Positions 54,498-64,000 of a stretch of 64,000 nucleotides of DNA are shown here, piece by piece. Numbering within the stretch: position 1 is the stretch's first letter; each line of letters starts with the position of its first letter. The notes below the pieces were generated by a model that saw nothing but the letters and a program-made list of their open reading frames with translations, made no database searches and was not told the origin of the DNA. The DNA is from Calditrichia bacterium (GTDB lineage Bacteria > Calditrichota > Calditrichia > JAJRVZ01): positions 384,001 to 448,000 of the forward strand of contig CAWCNS010000005.1 in the NCBI GenBank assembly GCA_963796965.1, written 5' to 3'. Both the position numbers and the translations under genes were made by a program.

Positions 54498-55637
54498 ATG
54501 GCATTTGACCAGATGATTATTTGGCTAATGGCGATCGGTGTATTAATTGGCGGAATAGACAGAATATTCGGCAATAAATTTGGATTAGGCGAACAATTTG
54601 AAGAGGGTTTCAATGCCATGGGACCGCTGGCGCTCGGGATGGTGGGCATCGTCACCCTGGCACCGGTGATTGCCAAATTATTAGGGCCTGTGATTATTCC
54701 GGTCTTTTCCTGGATCGGGGCAGACCCGGCCATGTTTGCAATTATCCTTGCTAACGACATGGGAGGCTATCCCCTGGCGATGGAGTTGGCAATAAACGAG
54801 CAGGCAGGCTTGTTATCAGGATTAATAGTTGCTTCTATGCTGGGATGTACCATTGTCTTTTCCATTCCCGTTGGACTTGGTCTGATTGAATATAAGGACA
54901 GGCCATTTTTTGCCAAAGGTTTGCTAATCGGTTTGATAACCGTACCCATAGGTGGCATCGTTGGTGGTTTAATCGCAGGATTTCCACCGGAAATGGTCGT
55001 AATCAATAATATTCCCGTCATTATTTTATCCATTCTATTTGTATTGGGGCTAATATTCATTCCCAAACAGATGATCAAAGGTGCCCTGATTTTCGGCAAA
55101 TTTATAGTTGTTGTCATAACGATTGGATTAGCGGCAGCAGCTTTTCAGCATCTTACCGGTGTTGTTATTCTTCCTGGTATGGCACCGATTATGGATGCCA
55201 TGGAAATTATCGCTCAGATTGGGATTATATTGCTTGGTACTTTTCCTATCTTGACACTTATCGTGAAAACGTTGAATAAACCGTTGACCAGACTTGGTCA
55301 AAAGCTAGGAATGGATGCAACCGGTGCTGCCGGTATTGTTATTACCCTGGCCAACAGTATTCCGGTATATAAGATGATGAAAGATATGAATCCTAAGGGT
55401 AAAGTAATTAATACGGCCTGGCTCGTACCGGCAACCGCCGCCCTGGGAGATCATCTCGGCTTTACCGCCGGGGTGAGACCGGATATGATAACCGCTGTTG
55501 TATTGGGAAAATTAGTTGCGGGTGTTCTTGCCATATTATTAGCCCTTGTATTTACCAGGAATCTAAATTACGAGATAGAGCAAAGTAAAAAAATGGCCTT
55601 AGAAAAATCCCCCGATCCATCCCGGGATAAAAGATAA
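54498..55637 (+). CDS. eutH: Ethanolamine permease EutH family
   Basis: GGIDRIFGNKFGLGEQFEEG..AMG.LAL.MVG, GADPAMFA..LANDMGGYPLA, TLANSIP, LGDHLGFTA and GKLVAG. Confidence 0.9.
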   Translation: MAFDQMIIWLMAIGVLIGGIDRIFGNKFGLGEQFEEGFNAMGPLALGMVGIVTLAPVIAKLLGPVIIPVFSWIGADPAMFAIILANDMGGYPLAMELAINEQAGLLSGLIVASMLGCTIVFSIPVGLGLIEYKDRPFFAKGLLIGLITVPIGGIVGGLIAGFPPEMVVINNIPVIILSILFVLGLIFIPKQMIKGALIFGKFIVVVITIGLAAAAFQHLTGVVILPGMAPIMDAMEIIAQIGIILLGTFPILTLIVKTLNKPLTRLGQKLGMDATGAAGIVITLANSIPVYKMMKDMNPKGKVINTAWLVPATAALGDHLGFTAGVRPDMITAVVLGKLVAGVLAILLALVFTRNLNYEIEQSKKMALEKSPDPSRDKR

Positions 55638-55642
55638 AAGAT

Positions 55643-55899
55643 TAAACACAAAGTTCACAAAGTCCCGATATAAATATCTACATCATGTAGATATTTACGC
55701 CGAAGGGCGCATCTTCGATCGGGATGAAATCTTCCAAGATTTCAAAGGCACTAAGATCACAAAGAGAAAATTTTAAGGTTTTAAGTCTTGCTCACCCTAT
55801 ACTACTTATTTATAGCGATGGTTTATTACTAACCAAGATAAAATAAATTAATTTTTTTCTTTGTGATGCTCTGAGCCTGCTTTGTGTGCTTTGTGTTTA
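55643..55899. repeat. CACAAAG-type element carrying a nested palindromic insert (55663-55724)
   Basis: Outer taaacacaaag/ctttgtgttta; inner tcccgat...atcggga encloses taaatatctaca-tca-tgtagatattta. Confidence 0.7.
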
Positions 55900-55940
55900 T
55901 TTTTATTTACATAATGCACCTTATAAAGGATTAAAATAGA

Positions 55941-57431
55941 ATGAACAAATATTACTTGGGAATCGATCAGGGTACCACAGGAACAACCTCAATCATTTTT
56001 GATGAGAAATGGCAGATCAGCGCCAGGGGTTATACAGAGCATCAACAACATTATCCCCAGCCAGGATGGGTCGAGCATGATCCCATAGAGATCTGGGAAA
56101 AAACAAAAGAATCCATTAGGCAAGCATTAGATGCAGCGGAGTTGAAGGCCACGGATTTACGCGCCATCGGATTGGATAACCAGGGTGAAACCTGTATGGC
56201 CTGGGATAAAGTAAGTGGAAAGCCGGTATATAATGCCATTGTTTGGCAGGATAGAAGAACCGCACATGCAGCAGATAAACTGAGTGAAACACATGGTGAT
56301 ATGATCACCCAAAAAACCGGAGTGCAGGTAGATGCCTATTTTTCGGCCCTAAAGATAAAATGGATATTGGACAATGTGGAACAAGCAAAGAATCTGAGTG
56401 AAAAAGGTGAACTATTAGTTGGCACCCTCGATACCTGGCTTCTCTGGAAATTAACCGGTGGCGCCCTTTATGTCACGGATCCTTCGACCGCTTCCAGAAC
56501 AATGTTGTTCAATCTACATACCCATCAATGGGATGAGGAAATATTGGAACTCATCGGCATTCCAAAAACAATCCTTCCGGAAATTAGGGATAGTATCGGG
56601 ACCTTTGGCTATACGTCTGCGGATTCATTTTTTGGTGCAAAGATTCCCATAGCCGGAAGCGTGGTCGACCAGGCATCCGCGCTTTTCGGACAAGCCTGTT
56701 TTGAAAAAGGTTCTGTAAAAACAACCTATGGAACCGGTTGCTTTATGCTCATGAATACGGGTACTAAACCGGTGCACTCACAGAATGGATTGATCACCAC
56801 CGCCGTATGGAGCCTTAACAATGAAATAACGTATGCTTTGGATGGCGGTGTTTATATTACCGGAGCTGCTGTACAATGGCTAAGGGATGGTCTTAGAATC
56901 ATCAAGACAGCCGCTGAGACGGAAGATCTTGCCTTATCGGTACCTGACACAGGTGACGTGTATTTTGTACCTGCTTTTGTGGGATTAGCAGCGCCCTATT
57001 GGGATCAATATGCCAGGGGTATGTTAATCGGCATCACCGGCGGAACCACCCGGGCCCATATTGTCAGAGCAACCTTAGAAGCGATTGCCTATCAGGTGGC
57101 AGAGAACCTGGCCGTCATGAGGAAAGATTCAGGCTTAGCCATTGATGCCATGCGCGTTGATGGCGGTGCTGTTGTCAACAAATTCCTGATGCAATTTCAG
57201 GCTGACATATTGGGCATTCCGGTACAGGTACCGATAATTCATGAGACGACAGCACTCGGTGCCGCCTTTTTAGCCGCACTTGGAGTGGGTGACTTTAACA
57301 ACCTGGATGAAATTGCAGAAATATGGAAATTGGATAAAACCTATGAGCCCTCTTTTAGTGCAGATAAAAGAGATGCCTTATTGGAGAAATGGAAAAAAGC
57401 GGTTGAGCGTTCCAGGGCCTGGGCGGAATGA
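55941..57431 (+). CDS. glpK: Glycerol kinase
   Basis: IDQGTTGT, PQPGWVEHDP, NQGET, AIVWQDRR, YFSALK, GTLDTWL, TASRT, DQASALFGQ, KTTYGTGCF, APYW and RVDGG. Confidence 0.92.
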   Translation: MNKYYLGIDQGTTGTTSIIFDEKWQISARGYTEHQQHYPQPGWVEHDPIEIWEKTKESIRQALDAAELKATDLRAIGLDNQGETCMAWDKVSGKPVYNAIVWQDRRTAHAADKLSETHGDMITQKTGVQVDAYFSALKIKWILDNVEQAKNLSEKGELLVGTLDTWLLWKLTGGALYVTDPSTASRTMLFNLHTHQWDEEILELIGIPKTILPEIRDSIGTFGYTSADSFFGAKIPIAGSVVDQASALFGQACFEKGSVKTTYGTGCFMLMNTGTKPVHSQNGLITTAVWSLNNEITYALDGGVYITGAAVQWLRDGLRIIKTAAETEDLALSVPDTGDVYFVPAFVGLAAPYWDQYARGMLIGITGGTTRAHIVRATLEAIAYQVAENLAVMRKDSGLAIDAMRVDGGAVVNKFLMQFQADILGIPVQVPIIHETTALGAAFLAALGVGDFNNLDEIAEIWKLDKTYEPSFSADKRDALLEKWKKAVERSRAWAE

Positions 57432-57506
57432 TAAAATGCGTGTAATTGGGGATTTGGAATTGGGAATTTTTTATTCATAAATACCAACTGCACGCCTGGG
57501 GTATAC

Positions 57507-60130
57507 TCATTTAATTTTTTGATCATATTTTTCAATTAAATTCTGATAGCGCGGATTATGATTCAATTGATCATATAGGGGATTCATTTTAAGCCAGTGT
57601 ACAGATATCCATGAAGGGATCCTCAATAATAGTTCAATCTGATCTAATGCAGAATCTTCGTCACCAATTAAAATATAAATTCGAGCAAGATCTTCAACAT
57701 AGGCTATACCATAGAAAGCGTCTTTGGATAGAGGCAGCAGATCAGTCGCTTTATTACCCTCATATAGCGCATCATCATAACGTCCTAATCGGGCATAGAC
57801 TAGGCCCAAAGAACTATGATAGCGAGGATCTTCAGGCCACTTTGCAACCTCAGGTTCTAGTAATACCTGTGCTTCCTTATATTTTGGAAGGGCCAAATCT
57901 TCCTTTCCCATATAATCGTATAACATTGCTTGCATCATAGACTTGGGCATTGCCCACACTTTGTTACGAATCCAATCACCCTTATAAACAGCAAGTCGGT
58001 TCATTGCATTGATATATTGGCGTTCACCAACATCCTGCCAAAACCAGGCCCAGGGAATCCAATGATAGTCTGCGTGAACCGATTCAATGGCATGCTTTGA
58101 CTCCTCATTGACACCTTTCCAGCACCAGATTGAAAAAGCCTTGTACAGATAAGGCCAATTCTCATTGGGTGCCAGAGAAATGGCCTGATTACACATATCA
58201 ATGGCGTGGGAATAGTCTCTTTTTACCCAGAAAGAATATGCAAGAGAGGTGAGAATAGATGCATCACGGGGATTGAACCTAAATGCCTTCTCGTTAGCTT
58301 GTATAGCCTCGTCCCACCGCCCTTGTAATTCATATACATTTGATTTAGCAATCAAAATTCTCGAATCATCAGGAATTATATGCTCTGCCTTGGCCCAATA
58401 CTCAAGCGCCTTGTCTATATCCCGATGAGCCCAGAGATGATAGTAGCCCAAAGCAAGGAGTACTTCCTCTGATTCTGGTAATAGATCTTCTGCTCTTTTA
58501 GCAGCTATTTCAGCATTCAATAATCGTTCTTTGGAAAGGTCATGTCTTAAAAATCGCAAACGGGCATGCGCGCTAGCCAGCCGGGCATAAGCTACGGCAA
58601 ATTTAGGATCAAGTTCAACGGCACGCTCGTAACTTTCGATCACCCTTTTCCAATTATCGACAGTAAAATGAGGACTTTTTGCATAATAACGCCCCTGAAG
58701 GTATGCCTGATACGCTTCAAGATTTTTAGTCGGTCTTGTTCCAACAGTTATTTTTTCGGTTCGCTTAAGTGTGATACCTAGCTGTTGAACAACCTCCGTG
58801 GCAATATCGGATTGAATGTCAAAGACATCATCAATCACTCGATCATAGGAATCCGCCCAGAGTTGGGTATCATCCGAAACCTGAATGAGACGAGGCGTGA
58901 CTCTTACACGATTTTTATCTATACCAGAAGTAGCCCAGCGGACAGTTCCCGCAACAATGTATTCTACATTTCAGCTCTTCACCAACTTGTTTCGTAGTCC
59001 AAGATTTTCCTGCATAATGATTTGCGCTGTTACGTGAAATAACACCAATGCTGGACACTGTCCCCAGACGTCCAGTAATTTCATCGGTAATTCCCTCTGT
59101 GAAATATGTATGATCTGACCTCCCCCAGATTCTCAAAGGGCAGTACAACCAATGTGACTTGTTTTGAGTCAGATGGTGTCTGTTGCATAGGCAGAATTAA
59201 GAGATAAATGAAAACTATCGCCAACATCACAACAAATAATGCCGAAAGAACAGGGGTAGCAATTCTTTTATTTCTCCACTTTTGCCCAAAAAACTTATAA
59301 AAAACATTTTCCTCTATGTTTGTTGAACTATGTTGTAGATCATCAATAATCTCCTGGAAATTCTGGTAACGAAGATTTTGGTCTTTATGAAGACATTTAT
59401 TGATAATTGATTGCAGTTTTGAAGGAGCGTCCTTGTTTAGATCAGCCAAGGCTTTTGGTTCTTCGTTAAGAATAGAATACACGACAGCTTGATCATAATC
59501 GCCCTTAAAGGGTGTTTCTCCTGTAACCATTTCATAGAATACAACACCTAAAGACCAGATATCTGTCCTATGGTCAACACCTTCACCTTTTGCCTGTTCT
59601 GGAGACATATAGGATACGGTTCCTAACGTAGTCGATTCTTTTGTTAGTTTCGTTTGTGTCGATAATTTCGCTAATCCAAAATCAAGTACCTTGACCACAC
59701 CTTCCTTAGTGAGCATGATATTTGCAGGCTTTATATCTCTGTGGATAATTCCATTTTTATGTGCTATTTGAAGCCCCTGGGCTATCTGCACCGTGTAATC
59801 AATCGCTTCATTAATCGTTAATCTTTCAACTTTAATCTTATCTTCCAGGGTTTCACCTTCGTAACACGCCATTGAAATGAATAGTTGTCCATCTTCGGTC
59901 TCATCAATTTCGTGGATAGCACAGATGTTGTTGTGATCCAAGGCTGAAGCGGCTTTAGCTTCGTGGATAAAGCGTTGTTTTTCTTCTTCACTGGTGGTGA
60001 GGTGTGGGGGTAAGAATTTAAGGGCAACAAAACGATCCAGTTTCAGGTCCTGGGCTTTATAGACGATGCCCATTCCACCGCTGCCGAGTTTATCGAGGAT
60101 TTTGTAGTGAGATATGGTTTTACCAATCAT
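57507..60130 (-). CDS. Hanks-type Ser/Thr kinase - TM - TolB-N-like - TPR protein (frameshifted)
   Basis: GSGGMG, VALK, HRDIKPAN, DFG and YMSPE; TM segment; VLPFENL...YFTEGITDEI; DDVFDIQSDIA and TPR helices. Confidence 0.9.
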
Positions 60131-60248
60131 TTTTTTTGTCCACGAATTTCTTTTCTAAATTTTTATATATCTCTTTTCACAATGACTCATATGCTTCTGT
60201 GAACAATAATCCTAAAAATTGACCACATGTTGAATAGTCCATTTCATA

Positions 60249-60493
60249 TTACAAATTCCTAATTACCAATTCCTAATTACCAATCTATAATCTCAAATCG
60301 GGCATCCCGTATCTCGTATCCCATATCAATTCCCATTTTCTAATTCCAAAATATAAAATATCCGGCATCGAGAATCGCGTATCCCCGATATAATCATTTC
60401 CCTCCGGAAAATATATAGGGATCAAATCTTCCAGGATTTGACCAGCATGCAGTATCAAGAATCAAGTATCCAGCTCCCAATTTCCAAGTCCAA
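60249..60493. repeat. Degenerate 7-nt tandem arrays (TTCCTAA/TTACCAA and GTATCCC types); similar at about 12122-12170, 48150-48180 and 57443-57466
   Basis: ttacaaa-ttcctaa-ttaccaa-ttcctaa-ttaccaa; gcatccc-gtatctc-gtatccc. Confidence 0.65.
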
Positions 60494-60513
60494 ATAAATT
60501 TTCATATTTTGGA

Positions 60514-63512
60514 TTATTTATTTTGTATTTCCAACCCGGCTAACCGTTTTTTTGCTTCAATATATTCTGGCAAATCTTTATCAGCATTTTTCCAAAGGTC
60601 CAGGAATCTTTTATATTCTTTGATTGCCTTTTCAGCCCATTTCTTATCTTCATATAATTTGGCCAGGCGGTAGTGATAAATTGGATGAATAATACACCAG
60701 TATCGGCTATCTTTATCAAGAATTATCATTTTTTTGTAAGTTGCTATAGCATTATCTATATCACCTTTTTGTAAATAGGCTTTTGCTAGACCATCTTTCT
60801 CATACGGAAAATTGATAGCCATAAAATTCCATTGAAATGCAAATGGTATATCCATTGGAGAGATATTATGGTACTTTTCAATTGCTTTATCAAGTGAATC
60901 CTGGGCAAGAAATATATCGGCATTTAGCAAATCGTAACATGTATTTTGCTCTAATTTTGCCATTTGGTGTTAGTGTTGGAAATAAATCGTTTAATTTCGT
61001 AACTTTAATTTCGCTGAATCTATTTGAGATTTGCTTTAGATAAAGTGATTCCAAGAAAAAAAGCACGATCTGATTTATAGTTAGTTAAATATCTGGGAGA
61101 ATTCCTTGTTTCGATAATTAAAGTAATTATTATATAATATCTTTGCATTGATTCAAATTTACTTTGATCAAGCAATATCCAGGCCTTCAACCAGTCTACT
61201 ATGAGCAATGGCCCTTTTATAACCCACGATTTCTGCAAACTCCAATGCATTTTTGAAGATCATCAAAACTCTGTTTCACTATCTCCCTGCCAGTAATTTA
61301 GTAATCCCCTGATCCAGTATCCCCGCGCTTTTCTACCCGTAGAAGGTGCATTTTCAATATATTTATCAATCCAGCGAATTGCCTTCACTAAAGTCTTTTG
61401 AATAATAGCATATATATAACTTAGCTTAATTCTGAGCCAAAATCAGGTTTTGCTTCAACAGCTTCTTTATATTTTACAATAGCTTCATCAATTTTTCCCA
61501 TTCTTAAATAAAATTCTGCCATCGAATCAAAGGGATTAGCGTCACCGGGTAAAAGAGATGTATACTTCTGTAAATATTCATTTGCTTTTTCAAAATTACC
61601 CAGATCGCCATATAGATAGGCCAGAGCAATTAAATACTGGTCCATAATTCGGATCTAATTCTAATGCTTTATTAAACTCATACGATTGCTTTTTCATACA
61701 TTTTTTTTGAATCATAATATACTGCCTAAATCATAATAGTACCCTTTTTTCTTTAGGATATTTTTTTGCCATCTCATTAAGAATTTGAAATCTTTTGTCC
61801 GGATCTTTTTCAATTCTTCTGGCATAATAGGCTTCAATATATAAGCGATCTTTATCTGTAGCATTTTTGGAAAATGTTTTTGCCCTCTGATAGTTAAAAT
61901 CTCTATCATCATAATTACCCAGAGAATGATTTGCCCAGGCAAGATATAAATACGCTACCGCAAAAGTTGAATCTAATTGTACAGCCTTTTCAAGAAATTT
62001 CGAGCATCATCATAATACATTTTTTCATAATCTTCTCTTCCTCTTAAGAAATAATTATAGGCTTCCATCGAAGGAGTTGTAATATCTGAAATACGTATTT
62101 GCGTTCCGCCTATGGTTTTTTCAGATACCCCCACGCTCTTGAGATTGCCTGGCTAAGTTCATCGATCTGGTTTTGCAAAATACTGCCAACTCCTTCACCT
62201 TTTGAACTGGCACTTTTCAGGAGTCTTTTACTTTGTACATCCAAAACTTTAACATCGGTGGCAAAAACATCTCCCGCTTTTACAAAACTTCCCAGGATAA
62301 TAGATTCAACACCTTCCAGACGGCACAATTCAAAACCCAATTCTTTGTCGATAATTTCCACATTTTCTCTGCCCAGTTGTTTTAACAGATCATACATACG
62401 CTCCCAGGAAATCACCCGCAGATATTTTGATTGTTCCAGACTGGTAATCAAGTAAATTGGGAATGGCTTCCTGTAAATAATCATAAGATTTATCACCGGT
62501 TTGATTTTTAAAACTGATTACACGATTGGTTTAGGTTCAGTGAAAGGCATTTCTTCAAAAAATAATATCTTTCCCAGAACAAGAATGATAGCTATTAAAT
62601 AGAATTATTGAAGAGCCTGATTACTATTTTCCTAATTGTTTTTTCGTTGATGCTTTTTTTCCTTTTTCAACGGGGTTGAGAGGGATTGATGGGTCAGAAT
62701 CCTTTATCAGACGCTTTAAATCAACTAATAATTCGTCCATATGCTGATAACGTTCATCCGCATCTTTCGTCAAGGCTTTATTTACAATCCGTTCTAATTC
62801 TATTGGAATCCCGGTTCTCAAAGCAGTCAGTGATTCCGGTGATTCATTGATAATTGAATACACTACCGCTTGTTCGTAATCACCTTTAAATGGTTTTTGT
62901 CCGGAAATCATTTCATAAAGCACAACACCCAGAGACCAGATATCACTGCGATGATCAACCGCATCTCCCTTAGCCTGTTCAGGTGACATATAGGCCACAG
63001 TACCTAATGTCGTTCCTTCTTTAGTTAATTTTAGTTTGTCCTGATAATTTAGCTAAACCAAAATCTAATATTTTAGCCTCTTCATCATCATTAATTAATA
63101 TGTTGGCGGGCTTAATATCTCTGTGTATAATACCTTTGGCATGCGCTTTAGTCAGCCCATTAGCAATTTGTTTGGCAATGTTAATCAATTTTTCTAATTC
63201 AAGGGGTCTCTGATCAATTTTTTTTCTTAATGTTTCGCCCTCATAAAAGGCCATAACGATAAACATTTGCCCATCTTCCGTTTCGTCAATCTCGTGTATA
63301 TTACAAATATTACTGTGCTCTAAACCTGATGCGGCTTTAGCCTCAAATATGAAACGCTTTTTTTCCTCTTCATCTTTGCCCAAATGGGTTGATAGAAATT
63401 TAATTGCTACGGGTCGGCCAAGTTTTAGATCTTCTGCTTTATACACCACACCCATACCACCGCTACCGATATGCTCTAAAATTTTATAGTGAGATATAGT
63501 CTTGCCAATCAT
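60514..63512 (-). CDS. Second Hanks-type Ser/Thr kinase - TM - TPR protein (heavily frameshifted)
   Basis: MIGKTISHYKIL, GSGGMG, HRDIKPAN, DFG and YMSPE; LITSLEQSKYLRVIS; PGDANPFDSMAE; FLDLWKNADKDLPE C-terminus. Confidence 0.85.
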
Positions 63513-63781
63513 ATGCAATGCCTATAGCTGTAGATGGATAAAAATAATATGTTAAATCAGTTTGAATTGCCGTTAAAATAGAGAAATAGAAAGGAATACA
63601 TAGTAAACTAATTATGATAGGTACAAATGGCAAGCAGAAAATAAAGTATACAGGAGTGTAGAGTTAAAGAGATTAAATTATATGGCGTCTCTTAATTAAG
63701 TGCCAGAGAAGTTATAGACAAATAAAAATTTAATGCCACCCTATGATTTCCAATATATAGCGAGCATGAAATTTAGTTTTT

Positions 63782-64000
63782 TTAGTTCTTGATTGTAGTA
63801 AAAATACTGCTCCACCAATGTGTATCGTCTTCACCTCTAAATCCAGCCTGTATATGTGGTATTTTGATGCTATTTACCTCAATTTCACCACTTAAAATTA
63901 TGTAGTACTTAGGATATTCTGTTGGTTCTCGTTTTATTCCCCGCATAGCAAAGGTGACAGTATCAATATACAGAACCAATTCACCTTCATAATAATCGTG
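63782..64000 (-). CDS. 3' end of a hypothetical protein starting outside the window
   Basis: The frame stays open from the window edge to a TAA at 63782; no recognisable motif. Confidence 0.45.
   Translation of the reverse strand, partial: HDYYEGELVLYIDTVTFAMRGIKREPTEYPKYYIILSGEIEVNSIKIPHIQAGFRGEDDTHWWSSIFTTIKN

Noticed and set aside
3485..62455. Numerous 60-150 aa antisense or alternate-frame ORFs in the track
   Set aside because: They overlap well-supported genes and show no motifs.
57507..63512. Kinase-based anti-phage system
   Set aside because: The TM-TPR receptor architecture and absence of neighbouring nuclease, ATPase or methylase genes argue against it.

Overview
The window has three blocks and no rRNA, tRNA, CRISPR array or intact transposase that I could recognise. 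The host is probably an FCB-group bacterium of the Calditrichota/KSB1/Ignavibacteria type, inferred from T9SS-like C-terminal domains, a PorV-family gene, the TonB receptor style and the kinase-TPR genes. (1) 1-21.2 kb, minus strand: a sulfated-glycan/hexosamine degradation cluster with GH20, GH28, five formylglycine sulfatases, a NagA-like deacetylase, a lactonase, a CE15-like esterase, a TIM-barrel epimerase, two Nramp-fold transporters and an unknown lipoprotein. (2) 21.6-57.4 kb, plus strand: the most interesting block. It runs ALDH, Fe-ADH, HAD phosphatase, class I glutamine amidotransferase, GlpT-like MFS, RpiR regulator, TonB-dependent receptor, a 1192-aa secreted protein, a PorV-like protein, a PPC-repeat protein, a PPIase-like lipoprotein, three secreted phosphoesterases, a GlpA-like flavoprotein pair, EutH and glycerol kinase. 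I infer it is a SusD-less, PUL-like locus for scavenging glycerophosphoethanolamine or phospholipid head groups. (3) 57.5-64 kb, minus strand: two paralogous Ser/Thr kinase-TM-TPR genes and a partial ORF. Most longer intergenic spacers hold short palindromic or tandem-unit mini-elements of several families. Many genes are split by small indels, most likely long-read errors; I report these as joined genes with approximate ends.
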